A stretch of 64,000 nt of DNA from Eledone cirrhosa. Its lineage: Eukaryota. The notes under the pieces were generated by a model. The model worked only from the letters and a program-made list of their open reading frames with translations, was not told the DNA's origin and ran no database searches. The stretch lies in assembly GCA_964016885.1 (NCBI GenBank), contig OZ024746.1, positions 5,642,001 to 5,706,000 on the forward strand, read 5' to 3'. How positions within the stretch are numbered: the stretch's first letter is position 1; each line of letters begins with the position of its first letter. A program made the position numbers and the translations under genes. Shown here one piece after another: positions 42,599 to 55,285 of this stretch.

Positions 42599-43277
42599 AT
42601 ATATGTATGTATGTATGTATATATATATGTATATATGTATGTATATATTTATATATGTATGCATATATAAGTACACCTTAATTCCTTTTTTTTTGTTATT
42701 TACCAACACATATACTACATTTACTATAAATATGTCTTATAATATGATTTAAAATATAAATGATCCATTTTAAATATAAGTAAGTATGTGTGTGTATAAT
42801 TATGTTTCTTTCAATGTATTTATGCTCATGAATTATTTTATTATGTCATCTGAAAATTTGTCAAGTTTTGAAATAATGTTATATGAAATAATTGTTTCGT
42901 GCATTGTAGCATGAACAGCATTCCATTGACAAGTGTTTTCTCAGTGTTTTATATACATTCAATAACGAAGTAATTTCTGGAACCATCGTCATCTTCAGCG
43001 ACTTGATCATCACCATTTTAATTATATCATGATCCATATGTTTATAATAATGATTAGTATCAATATTATCAATGACATCATCATCATCTTCCATATAACC
43101 CTCATCCAGTACATATCTAGCATAAAATAACTATTAAGCATTAATAGGAAATAACATTACTCTAGAAGTGGAGGCATTCTATATACTGTTAATGATATCA
43201 ACAGGCACAATCATGTATGTATGCACACACACACGACACACACATACACACACACACATATATATATATATATAAAA

Positions 43278-43435
43278 AACGAAGGAAGTGTGGTAAGGAA
43301 CTAGGTGGACCATAACGCACCAGAGTACTCGATACTTTGGGTAGTAGAGTGGGTGATAGGGAAAAGTTCAGGACCCCGCCAGAAATAGCTGTCGAAACGG
43401 CTTGAGCTCTGCCGTTGGGGTTCTGACTCTTTTCC
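43278..43435 (-). mobile_element. Family A copy, internally deleted
   Basis: AACGAAGGAAGTGTGGTAAGG...CCAGAAATAGCTGTCGAAACGGCTTGAGCTCTGCCG. Confidence 0.85.
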
Positions 43436-43436
43436 T

Positions 43437-43471
<35 letters not shown>

Positions 43472-43474
<3 letters not shown>

Positions 43475-43688
43475 TGGAAAATGTGTGAGATCCTTGGTAC
43501 AGTTATGTATATTTGAAAATAAGGAAAAGAATGACTTCACTTGTAGTGTTAAACAATTTTTGATTTAATTTTACATTATAATATAATGAGTTGCTAGATC
43601 CAACTCATAATATTATAATATTATAAAATTAAATCAATCAACATTTTTTTAACACTACAAGTGAAGTTATTCTTTTCCTTATTTTCAA

Positions 43689-43760
<72 letters not shown>

Positions 43761-43880
43761 GTATGTATATATATTTAAAAAAAAAGAAAAGAATGAACTT
43801 CACTTGTATTGTTAAAAAATGTTTCATTCTTTTCCCTTTTTTTCAAATATACCTGACTGTACCAAGGATCTAACACATTT

Positions 43881-43885
<5 letters not shown>
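43472..43885. mobile_element. TA-flanked compound fold-back element (no hammerhead seen)
   Basis: Hairpin 43507-43692, plus outer inverted repeat ATTGGAAAATGTGT..GATCCTTGGTACAGT / ACTGTACCAAGGATCT..CACATTTTCCAAT. Confidence 0.75.
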
Positions 43886-43960
<75 letters not shown>

Positions 43961-43992
43961 TAAATGGAAAATATCTTTATAAAACCATATTC

Positions 43993-44051
43993 ATTTTATT
44001 ATACATATTTCAATGATACCAGTATTTTGGTACGCTTTCGTCAGATAAAAT
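43993..44051 (-). ncRNA. Type I hammerhead motif, intact core (family H relative)
   Basis: Minus strand: ATTTTAT-CTGACGA-AAGCGTACCA-AAATAC-TGGTATCATT-GAAA-TATGTA-TA-ATAAAAT. Confidence 0.85.
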
Positions 44052-45262
44052 ATAATATTTGGTTTGAATATTTGGTTTGAAGATATTGACATATCCTCAT
44101 ATGAACTTAGATAGTGAATAAATATTCAAAACTCAGGATAAATATTCCAATGAGGATAACGTTAAAACTGAAAAGGATCGTTAAGTTGAGACGCTAGATA
44201 TATTTTGAATAATTATCTAAATTGTTTTCTATTAAAATTGGAGAAAAAAAAAAAATATATATATATATATACATACATACATATATACACTAACCAGATA
44301 CAGGAAATTTTAATAAACTACTGCATCATTTTTGGAATTATGGATTGTCTCTAAGCTGCCAGGAAAACGTTTGAGGGGGGGGGGGGCAATCCTGAACAAC
44401 ATGTAGCACTGTCTGGTCAGAGTCCCTACAGTCACAGATCTTCATGGATGGGAAGAGCAGACAGTATGTAACACATTCTGACAAACATCAATTTTCCCAC
44501 CTTCAGTTACAATAATCTGAATCTATTAGTGAATTCAACAAAACTGTGGACTGTGGGATGTGTTCACCTACATACATCATCATCATTCTTCGACTACTGT
44601 CAAGATGATGGATCTCACTCTCATGCCCCAGAAATCCCTGTCCCCCATATAGTGCGGTTCCCTGAGGAACAGGAACCCTGGTGCAGTCAGTTGCGGAATC
44701 CATCATCTTTTCAAATAGCAAATATTCGTAGAGGTTTGCTGTATGTTGTTGCTAGTCCGTGATGTGGCATGTAAGACACATTGAATTCTATTAGTCTTTT
44801 CCTCAACTATCTCTGTCAGTTTGACCTATCCTCACCTTGTCACTACCAAACAATAGCAACATAGCTTTCCTACAAACTACCCTCCTCATCATTATCAGCA
44901 CCATCATCATCATCATCATTACCATAATTATTACTATCATTATTGATATTAACTTTATCATCATAATTACCATCCAGAGAGCCATCCTCATTAAATTCCT
45001 TTATCATAATCGTTATCATAATTAATATAATTGTTATCATAATTGTTATCATAATTAACATCATCATTATGAATGGTATCATTACTCAGTCTAATTACCC
45101 TCGTCATCATTATTGCCATGTTTGTTTTTTTCTTTTTATAGGTAATCAGCAGCAGCGGTAGTATTCACAGAAACATTATCATCATCATCATCCTCATCAT
45201 CATCATCATTACCATCATACTCAGCATCATCCTCAACATCATTAACATCATCATTATCATTC

Positions 45263-45424
45263 GGTGAATTGGCAGTATCGGTAGAGGGTGGGACATGCTT
45301 TCCAGCATAGTTACGTCCCTTTACGATCTGAGTTCAAATCCGGCCGAGGTTAACTGGGTCGATAAAATAAAGTACCAGTAATGTACTGGTGAATTGCTGG
45401 CCTTGTGCCTAAAATAGAAACAAT
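45263..45424 (+). mobile_element. SINE S1 with internal deletion, inside an (ATC)n-rich tract
   Basis: S1 consensus; TSD ATTATCATT. Confidence 0.9.
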
Positions 45425-45769
45425 TATCATTACTCACATCACCCTCATCAAAACCATCAAACATATCGTCATCACACCTCATCATCGTGGATGCTACCCA
45501 CACCGCCGATCTCATCGTCATCGTGCAATGAAACTATTGTCGCTGACTCATCTAAATGAAATGTCATCGTAGCTTATCGGACCATGTATTGCACTAATTC
45601 ACCTGGCCTCTTCTTCTTTCTCTTTTTTCTTCTAGTTATTGACGGCAACAGTGAGATCGAACGCAGCAGCAATAGCAGCGCAGGTAATCACGGCAAGCAA
45701 TAGCGCACGCATCTAAGGGATGGATCTAAGCTAGAGAATTAGTGCTCCGCACCTGATGAATGACAACTC

Positions 45770-45865
<96 letters not shown>

Positions 45866-47558
45866 ATATATGTATATATATACATATACAAACGTTTATA
45901 TATATATATATATATATGAAATGTATATAATATATGTGTATATATATATATATATAATATATTTATATAATATATATATATATATATATAAATAATATAT
46001 TTATATAATATATATATATAATATATTTATATAATATATATATATATATGAAATGTATATAACACACACATATATATATATATATGTATATAATATATTT
46101 ATATAATATGTGTATATATGAGTGTGTATGTATGTAGTCACATGCATACAGTGGCAGTTGTAGCAACAATTTCATAGGCACCAACATTTTCTAGGTGACA
46201 TAGTTATATTGCTTATAACATATGCTATGATTAGTTATGATAACGAAAACATGAACTATAGTATATTGTATGTTATAGAAAATATCAAGCATCTTTTTTA
46301 GATATCACCTTGGGAATCTATAATGTGAGGAGATAGGATACCATAAATTCCGCAGAAAATTGGAAGAAATTATCTAATTCAGCGGCGGATATTATATTTC
46401 CTGGCTTTAATAAGAAAATATATGATTTTATATTTTGTCTCTTTACCTTGATGTTATAAATAGATACCTTGAATTCCCGGAAACGTTACTTTCTGAGGGT
46501 TAGCATTTCGAAATGATAATGGTTTATCTAACACAATGGCTGTTCAGAAGGAAATCGAAGGGAACTTTCAAATAATATTTTGTTTCCTATGTAATATCAT
46601 GTAATATCATGTAATATTATGTTTATGTATAGCTGTGTCATTATCGATTTTGCAAATGATTTTGCCTACCTGCCCTGTCATGTGGTATCATACATAGGTG
46701 TATCAGATAAAAACATAGATGATTGTAGCGTAATATTTAGACTAGATATGAGACATAAACCGTGTGAGAAAGCGTACTATCTCTTGTGGTGATAGTTTTT
46801 GAAGAAGATGACGAGGAAACTGTTAAATAACATATTAACATAGTTGTGTCATCAAACATGAAGTAAAATATATATATATATAATATATATGTAATATAAT
46901 GTAATATGATATAATATATATATGTACAGTATGTATGTAAGGTTTCAAAATTCAACCACCATTCAACATAACCATTCTATATCTGCTAGTTTAGTTATCT
47001 TATTGTGTGTGTCGGCGTGAAGAATATGATGAGGGCGAGATATAAAAGTATTATCATTGAATTACTCCAAGTAAAATGCAATATATTATACAATTATAGG
47101 TTACAATAACATACCTACATGAGTAAATATGAGTAAACCATTTACTTTAACTATAATATTGCTTGAGGAATAAGTATAGTGTTTGTATAATTTCCCAGCC
47201 TTTCTAGTATGGTGTTCTCTTTTGACATGCGAAAATCTAGAGAGGAAGCAAAATCAAAGAGTGAAAATAATATGAGCTGTTGAAAGATTTTCAGCTTAAC
47301 ATATTCCCCGATTTCGGTTTTAGCTCTACTTTTTTAAAAGAAAGAGGTTCTGAATGATTTTTAAGTCGTAGATCTTTCTGCACACCCTCACATTTAGTAT
47401 AACATACAAGGATCTCACTGACTGTGGTTGGTGAGTGGTGGCAAAGCTAATCCATTAAGTGGTTTTCCATATAGATACAGGGCAGTTTGTTTGTCATGGC
47501 ATTGATGGGATGTATATATATATAGTGCTAGTCTAAGATTTATTTAATATATATACAT

Positions 47559-47681
<123 letters not shown>

Positions 47682-47742
47682 TATATATATATATATATTA
47701 ATATAGCCCTCTTTGGATTTTAGTCTTCAAATTTATTATTAT

Positions 47743-47787
<45 letters not shown>

Positions 47788-47798
47788 TATATATATAT

Positions 47799-47837
<39 letters not shown>

Positions 47838-47852
47838 TATATATATATATAT

Positions 47853-48014
<162 letters not shown>

Positions 48015-48499
48015 CTATATAGATAAATAAAAAGCACATTTTTCGAAGAATATCATGTTGTTACGATTGGATTTAGATTTGATAATGGCAAGTAGTTTGA
48101 TAGAGGTATTTAGAAGAGAGATTGCCCTTAAAAATAATGATTCAAAACAACTATATTGCGCATGATTTTAGATATTAATAGCATGTTTTATTGTAACATG
48201 AGTTGTTTTAAACTGCAGTATGTATGAACAATTTTAGCATGAATGTTGATATTAACCATGAAACATCAGCACTTATATAGTCAACATCAACACTATCATA
48301 TATAGTAGTAGTTGCTAATTAGATATGTCATGACATTTTAAAAGAACAATCTCATATGATAGTAAATATGGTTAGTAACTAGAAGCACGAGTGATCATAG
48401 ATATAGAAACGCACTCACACTCACATGCACACACACTTGCACACATCCACATACACACACATGTATATATATGCTTGTATATATATATATGTGTATATA

Positions 48500-48572
<73 letters not shown>

Positions 48573-48829
48573 AAATATTTTTATGTATATAAGTATGTAT
48601 ATAAGTATGTATATATGAATGTATATGTATATATATATTTATATATATATAAATATATATATATATGTAAATATATATATAAATCGTCTTGTAAGGTGAG
48701 TCTAGTTTCCATTGTAGCCAAAATACAGCTTAGGCTGGATATATCTATGTTCAAATGTAATTCAGAAGTGACCCTCCTGTGTTTCATATATAATTAACTA
48801 ACTTGAATATTATGTATATCGCTTCATAA

Positions 48830-49560
48830 GGTTTGATCCCAAGTGCTGCATGGCTGGAATGAAAATCAGTGCCTCGAAAACTGGGATACTTGTCCTCTCA
48901 AGGAAGCCTGCACAGTGAACGCTATATGTGAATGGAGTTCCACTGAAGCAGGTAGAGAACTTCAAGTATCTCAAGGCTGTGTTCATGAGAGATGGACGGC
49001 AGGAGGCTGAATTAAATGCACGGATTGCAGGAAATGTGCCAGCTTCAGCATTCGATAATCAGAAGAAGGGAGGTAAGCGTAAAAGCCAAACTCGCTATCT
49101 GCAATTCGGTTTACATGCCAACCCTTAACCTATGAACATGAATCTTGGGTAATGACTGAAAGAATACAATTACGAATAAAAGCGGCCGAGATAGCAATCC
49201 TCCAAAAGGTTTTGTTGTAATGTTACTCGATAAAGTGCATAATTTAGGGATCAGAAGGTCACTCCATGTAGAGCTGCTACTTCTCCGAATTGAGAGATCA
49301 CAGCTCCGATACTATGGGCATGTGGTTAGAATGTCTCAGGAAACAATCATTGGACATATTTTACAGGCAAAACCCAGCTGCAGGAGAACCTGTGGTAGAC
49401 CCTGAGCAAGATGGTTGGATAACATCCATGAGTTTGGCTCGTCTCGCTTGAGGGTCCAGCCAGATTAATTGGAGACAGTTGCTTCTGACAGGACCCACTG
49501 GAGGGAGTATTTCAGGTTTCTGCCTCACCAAATCTCTCAGGAATAAGTGGACGAAGATAG
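48830..49560 (+). mobile_element. RTE-like LINE 3' part (late RT and C-terminus)
   Basis: AGMKISASKT...VNGVPLKQVENFKYL...LLLRIERSQLRYYGHVVRM...GRP*ARWLDNI. Confidence 0.92.
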
Positions 49561-50229
49561 TATTGAAAGAGATTTGAAAGTGATGACTAGCAGATCATAC
49601 AATTTCCTACTTTGACTGATGATAAATAAAGTTGTGTGTTGATATGTCAGGGGTGTTCTTTGGTTAGTCAATAATAAGTAGGTTTCTGTGCAGATATGTG
49701 AAGATTTACTTGAAAGGCACACGCAATAGTGCAGCCATACATCTTCAGTTCCACTTTCTTTTTAATATATCTACCTCGTGTATGTTTATTTGGAGAGTAA
49801 TCTAAAGAATATTGAATATGTGTTTGTCATAGGCGAGACTGTGTTGTTATATCTAATGCTGAGATGTTGTGTTGATAAAGAGCTGCCATCGTGACTAACT
49901 TTTAGTCACTGAACAGTATAGATAATGAAGCACAGTATAGATAATGAAGCACAGTATAGATAAGGAAGAATAGTATAGATAATGAAGAACCAGGTAGATT
50001 CATCTCAACGACAGATACAAATCAAATATCTGGTTTATAGCATTGTATTTATTATTATTATTCGAAATACCATTTGTATCCTGTTTCTTTCCCAAATCAT
50101 CTCGAATGTCAACTTGTACAGGCTTTAAGAGGCCACATTTACTCAATTTCAGTTGTCAGATCTTTATATTTACTGAGCTTTCCAGATGTTATAATCTGAT
50201 AGAATGCTCATGTCAATTAAGAAGCAGGT

Positions 50230-50455
50230 TTTCCTTTTAGGGTCCTTCCTTCACAATTATATCAGGTCTGTTAACCTTGCTCATTTTGTTGGTGTTCACA
50301 TGGAGGTCCCATAGGATCTTTATGTTCTCGTCTCCTGTTACTAGGTGATGGTGGTAGCATTCCCCCTGTTTGTGGACCACAAAACTTGCACATTACCCAG
50401 TGTAAGTATTACCCCACTCTATCATGTCTTATATATTCATGCAGAGCAAATATTT
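50230..50455 (-). mobile_element. R4/Dong-like non-LTR fragment (restriction-like endonuclease)
   Basis: EYIRHDRVG / YLHWVMCK ... ENIKILWDLHVNTNKMSKVNRPDIIVK. Confidence 0.8.
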
Positions 50456-50576
50456 CATCCTTACAGTGTCAAAAAATAAAGTACTAGACTGTGCTCGATT
50501 TAATAAAATTTCCCTTCCCCAAAATTGTTGGCTTTGTGCCTAAATCATAAACAATTATTGTTGTTGCTGTTGCTAC

Positions 50577-50645
<69 letters not shown>

Positions 50646-50655
50646 CATTATTATA
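50577..50655. repeat. (ATT)n microsatellite
   Basis: Read directly; follows a degenerate S1-like 3' end at 50455-50555. Confidence 0.95.
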
Positions 50656-50663
50656 TTTTCTAG

Positions 50664-50850
50664 GGCGGTGAAATGGCAATATCGGTAGAGGGTTGGACGC
50701 CATGCTTTCTAGCATAGTTATGTCCCTTTACGGTTTGAGTTCAAATCCCGTCAAGGTTAACTTTGCCTTTCATCCTTACGGGGTCGATAAAATAAAGTAC
50801 CAGCAATGCACTGGGTAATTGCTGGCCTTGTGCCAAAAGTAGAAACAATT
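50664..50850 (+). mobile_element. SINE S1, full length
   Basis: S1 consensus; TSD ATTATATTTTCTAG. Confidence 0.93.
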
Positions 50851-51204
50851 ATTATATTTTCTAGTAATTAGTATTATTGACCTGTGTGGAATGAGGGGAA
50901 GTCACAAGACCTATTTGAGCTGTTTAGTCAGATACCTTATCGTCTTGTATATAGAATATTACAACATTTATAGAACTTTATAAACTCTATAGAACTTACC
51001 AATGTTTCGATGAACATTAGATCACTATACCATCTGATCTGTTAATTCCTCTATATATTCTGAGATATTGAATCTTTCTGTTTTTGTTGCGCCACGCTTA
51101 ATTCTCTTCTGATCTGTTATATTTTCTTTTGTCTTCACTTTGGTGTTTATGATCTTCCTTCAGCCTGAGACATCAAGAGACCCGCTTTATTATCATCATT
51201 ACTA

Positions 51205-51205
51205 C

Positions 51206-51270
<65 letters not shown>

Positions 51271-51294
51271 ATAGTAGTAGTAGTAGTAGTAGTA
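51205..51294. repeat. (TAG)n microsatellite
   Basis: Read directly. Confidence 0.97.
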
Positions 51295-51631
51295 GAGGTG
51301 GTGGTGCAATGGTGGAGTCACTATATGTTCTGACTTCAAAGCCTGATGAGGTCATGTTCTCCAATCCACCTTTCAGGGGAGATAAACAGTAAAGTACTAG
51401 TCAGGTAATACTGCCAATTTAATTGAATCGGTCTAAATTACAAACAGTTGAGAAACATATTTACAAGAACTGAAGATATCCAAATTTTGGAGTTGGGCGT
51501 TCTGTACCCCTCTCTTCCTATTTCCTTTTTCTATTTTTACCTATGATCATATTTTACAGCTCACCGATTCTATTCAACTGCTATACGCAAACATACACAC
51601 ACACAAACGTACACACACACACATGCACGAG

Positions 51632-51666
<35 letters not shown>

Positions 51667-51927
51667 ATATATTTATGTAAAAGGTAAACATAAATAACAA
51701 CACAATTGGTACAGTATATGGAAGGAATATATTAGTTTAATGCTTGAAATAACAGGAAGAGTGTCTTAACGTTTCATATATATACATATATATAATAGAA
51801 AATATGAGGAAGTTTCATTTACATATAAAAAATAATTTGCTGATCACAACAATACCAGTGCTTATTATTTCAAGTGTGTCACATATCATTCCAATTACAT
51901 TTTGTTGAAATGCTAAGGTACAGGTAT

Positions 51928-52160
51928 ATCATCATCATCATCATCATCATCACCGTTTGCATGGGTTAGACGGTTTGTCCTGTGTGGGCAGTGTCCAGTC
52001 GGCTGACCTTGTCGTGCTCTTACAGGAACTGATTCTGGCTTGATTTCTACAGCTGGATGCTCTTCCTAACACCAACCTCATTTGGGTGCTTTTTTTCCGT
52101 GGCGCCTACACGTCCACTTTACAGTGTGGGCTGGGTGTTTATTTGCCGTGCACCTACACG
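51928..52160 (-). mobile_element. SINE with V-domain-like core and (ATG)n tail
   Basis: Minus strand GGTTGGTGTTAGGAAGAGCATCCAGCTGTAGAAA resembles the V-SINE core (from memory); ends AACCCATGCAAACGG(TGA)n. Confidence 0.65.
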
Positions 52161-52161
52161 A

Positions 52162-52256
<95 letters not shown>

Positions 52257-52263
52257 CATACAT

Positions 52264-52303
<40 letters not shown>

Positions 52304-52308
<5 letters not shown>

Positions 52309-52510
52309 AAGAAAGAAGAGTAACATGGTTGGCTGTGCAATAAGGGCTTTATTTAAAGTACTGACAATTGTTTCGTTGATCAGGTGTGTCTAGGGTTCGC
52401 TAATCGCTTGAGGTTGGGTCAAACAAAGCCGTACGTTAAAACTATCTACGACGCGGAGTACTCTAACTGGATTACTTCTAACTGGATTACCTATAATGAT
52501 AACTTGTTAT

Positions 52511-52513
<3 letters not shown>
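52304..52513 (-). mobile_element. Family G copy with hammerhead 3' half
   Basis: Minus strand CTGATCAAC-GAAA-CAATTG-TC-AGTACT; homologous to 24278-24513; TA-flanked. Confidence 0.8.
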
Positions 52514-52555
<42 letters not shown>

Positions 52556-52779
52556 CAAGCTTCTTCAGCATTTGTTTGCCAAATGTCATATTTTCATATA
52601 TTCTAAAATTTGATTTCCACAAATAAGTTTTATGGTAGTAGGGAGATGACACTTTAAAACCATTTGTTGAAATATCACATTAGAAAGTAGATAAGGTAAG
52701 TTGATTAAAAAAATGAGCCAGAAAATTAAGACAATTTTCAGAGGATATTTAAAACTCTGAAATCAATTAATTTTTTTTT

Positions 52780-53152
52780 CTTCATCCACTTATGATTCCT
52801 CAAAAATTCCTTCCAGTAGGTCCTGTCAGAAGCAACCGTCTCCAGCTGGATCCCTGAATGAGACCAGCTAAGATCATGGGTGTTATCCAACCATCTTGCT
52901 CGGGGTTTATCCCTGGGTCTCCTGCTGGCTAATTTTACCAGTAAATTATGTCCACAGATTGTTTCTTGCGACATGTCTGTAATATTGGAGCTGTGATCTC
53001 TCAATTTGGAGAAGTAGCTGCTCTACATGGTGTGACTTTCTGATCTCCGAGCTACGCACTTTATCGAGTAATGTTACTCCATAGATACTTTGGAGGAAAC
53101 CCATTTCAGCCACTTGTATTCATGATCAAATTCTTTCAGTCATTACCCAAGA

Positions 53153-53189
<37 letters not shown>

Positions 53190-53292
53190 ATAATTGTTTC
53201 TACTTTAGGCAATATATAATAAATGTAATAATAATAAATGTGAAGACTAAAATCAAAAGAGGGTTCGATATCAAATATATAAGAACCTTATA

Positions 53293-53345
<53 letters not shown>

Positions 53346-53690
53346 CATATTAAAGTTTAAGATTAAAGTTTAAGCAAAGAATCGCTGCTTTCACCCTTAA
53401 CGAGATCTTCTGAAACTAAAAAAATCAATCTGTGAACGCAGAAGTAAATATTTCGAAAAACGTTGCAACATTTTGGAAAAGACGATACTTTGGTTCGTGA
53501 AGACGTTCCTTGGCAATGAACGGAAAAAAGCGAAGATAATACGTCATTATGTGGAGCGATATATATATATATAGGGTTGGCATGAATACTGAATTGAAGA
53601 TAGCGAGTTTTGGCTTTTACACCTACCTCGCTTCTTCTGATTACCAAAAGCTGAAGATGGCACATTACCCCACCAACCCCTGCTATATTG
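52780..53690 (-). mobile_element. RTE-like LINE copy split by a TA-flanked family C insertion
   Basis: 52780-53156 and 53572-53690 are reverse-complement homologues of adjacent parts of 49020-49550. Confidence 0.88.
53212..53559 (-). mobile_element. Family C copy
   Basis: AAGACTAAAATCAAAAGAGGG...AGATTAAAGTTTAAGCAAAGAATCGCTGCTTTCACCCTTAAC matches 35694-36108. Confidence 0.85.
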
Positions 53691-54034
53691 CCAGGGCATT
53701 ACACTAAATTCTAAACCAATTATCTATTAAGTGAGACGTAACCAGAAACTAAAAGCTAACCTCTTATTTATTCAAGTTCTGAGTTAAATGTCTCTGATCA
53801 CAGGATCTTATAAATAAGCTATTATTTCAAACTTGCTGTTGCCATCTTTAGGTGTAAGGTTTCATAGTGGATTTGTTGAAAATGTTCTTTCTTCAATGAA
53901 AGGAAGTAAAATTGTCAACATTATACTAAAAGTATTAAATTCTAATATTATGATGTTAGGATAACGAATATTTTGCATACGTAATTATTAAATATTTTAT
54001 CCAATTAAATATTTTATCCACTCACCCCCCCCCT

Positions 54035-55010
54035 TCTTCTTCTTCTTCTTCTTCTTCTTCTTCTTCTTCTTCTTCTACACATCCGTCCCCATGACAAAGT
54101 TCTTCTTCTAGCTCCCCCATGTCCAGCACTGTCATCTGAGGTTCCCCTGCCTCCAGCCCAGTGTCATCTTCAAGGACATCCTTCATTGTGATGGCTGGCT
54201 TCCCGACACATCTGCAGACATCTGGTTTCCAGAAAATACCTCTTCTACTAGATTCCTCATGGTGTATCACATGCCCAGCTAATGCGAGCCTCCTTTACCT
54301 TATGATATCAGAAAGGCGAGGGTGGGAAACGTAGATTGATTTATGCTTAGTGGTTAGAGCATTGGGTTTGCAATCAAAAGGTTGTGAGTTCAATTCTCAG
54401 ACCGGGTGATGTGTTGTTTCCTTGAGCAACACACTTTATTTCACATTGCTCCAGCTTACTCAGCTGTAGAAATGAGATGATAGGACTGGGGTCCCTATCA
54501 TTAAATTACCCAAGACACCTCCAACGAGATATACCTCGGAGGAGGCCAGATAAACCTGCATAGGTGTGAGCTGTCACACACACACAGGTGTGTTTTCAAG
54601 AAGATACTCTGTACGTTTCTCATCATTCGGATGAATCTGCCATTAATCCTCTTTGACGGTTTTTTGTTAATGACTGAAGAGGAGAATGAACTCAAATGTT
54701 GTTTTGAATAGCTTCATCTTTGTTGTTTTCTTGATCGGAAATAGGCATACCCTCGATAGGAAGTTGAGAGCCAAAAATGTCTTGCTAATCCTAGTGTCCA
54801 CATGGTGCTCTGTGTTCATGGAACTGCCAAGGTATAAGGAGTATCCACATAAGATGTTGTCGATACATGGTCTGATTCTATTCAAGATCATCCTATTGTA
54901 AGTCTTTGCTACATTTTGCATGAGATTGGTTCCTCTGTGGTTGGTGAAGATGGTCAGGTTTCCTGGGTATTGCCACCATTCCTGATTGCTCAGGTCTGTA
55001 GCCTTCAAAG
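54035..55010 (-). mobile_element. RTE-like LINE fragments with (GAA)n tail, interrupted by SINE S2
   Basis: NHRGTNLMQNVAKTYNRMILNRIRPCIDNIL...YLGS (ORF 54667-55008); RLALAGHVI...IFWKP...EDDTGL near 54130-54290. Confidence 0.85.
54343..54500 (+). mobile_element. SINE S2 (CORE-like)
   Basis: GCTTAGTGGTTAGAGC (A box), GAGTTCAATTCT (B box), TCCTTGAGCAACACACTTTATTTCACATTGCTCCAG...CAGCTGTAGAAATGAG. Confidence 0.8.
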
Positions 55011-55239
55011 GTTTTGATGTAGGAATCCCATATGTCTATAGTTAGGCCATCAAAGCCAGGAGTGTTGCCTGGTTATATTGCCCTTAGAGCAGTTTAACAC
55101 GAGGGGAAGGTTTTCGTCATGGCTCCCTAGCTTAATGGTAAAAGCGTCTAGACAGTATCTGGAAGGTATGGGGGCTCAATTCCTCATAGTAGCCAATGGC
55201 AACTTCATTTTCCATCTATCTTTATGTGCACTTGAGCAC

Positions 55240-55285
<46 letters not shown>

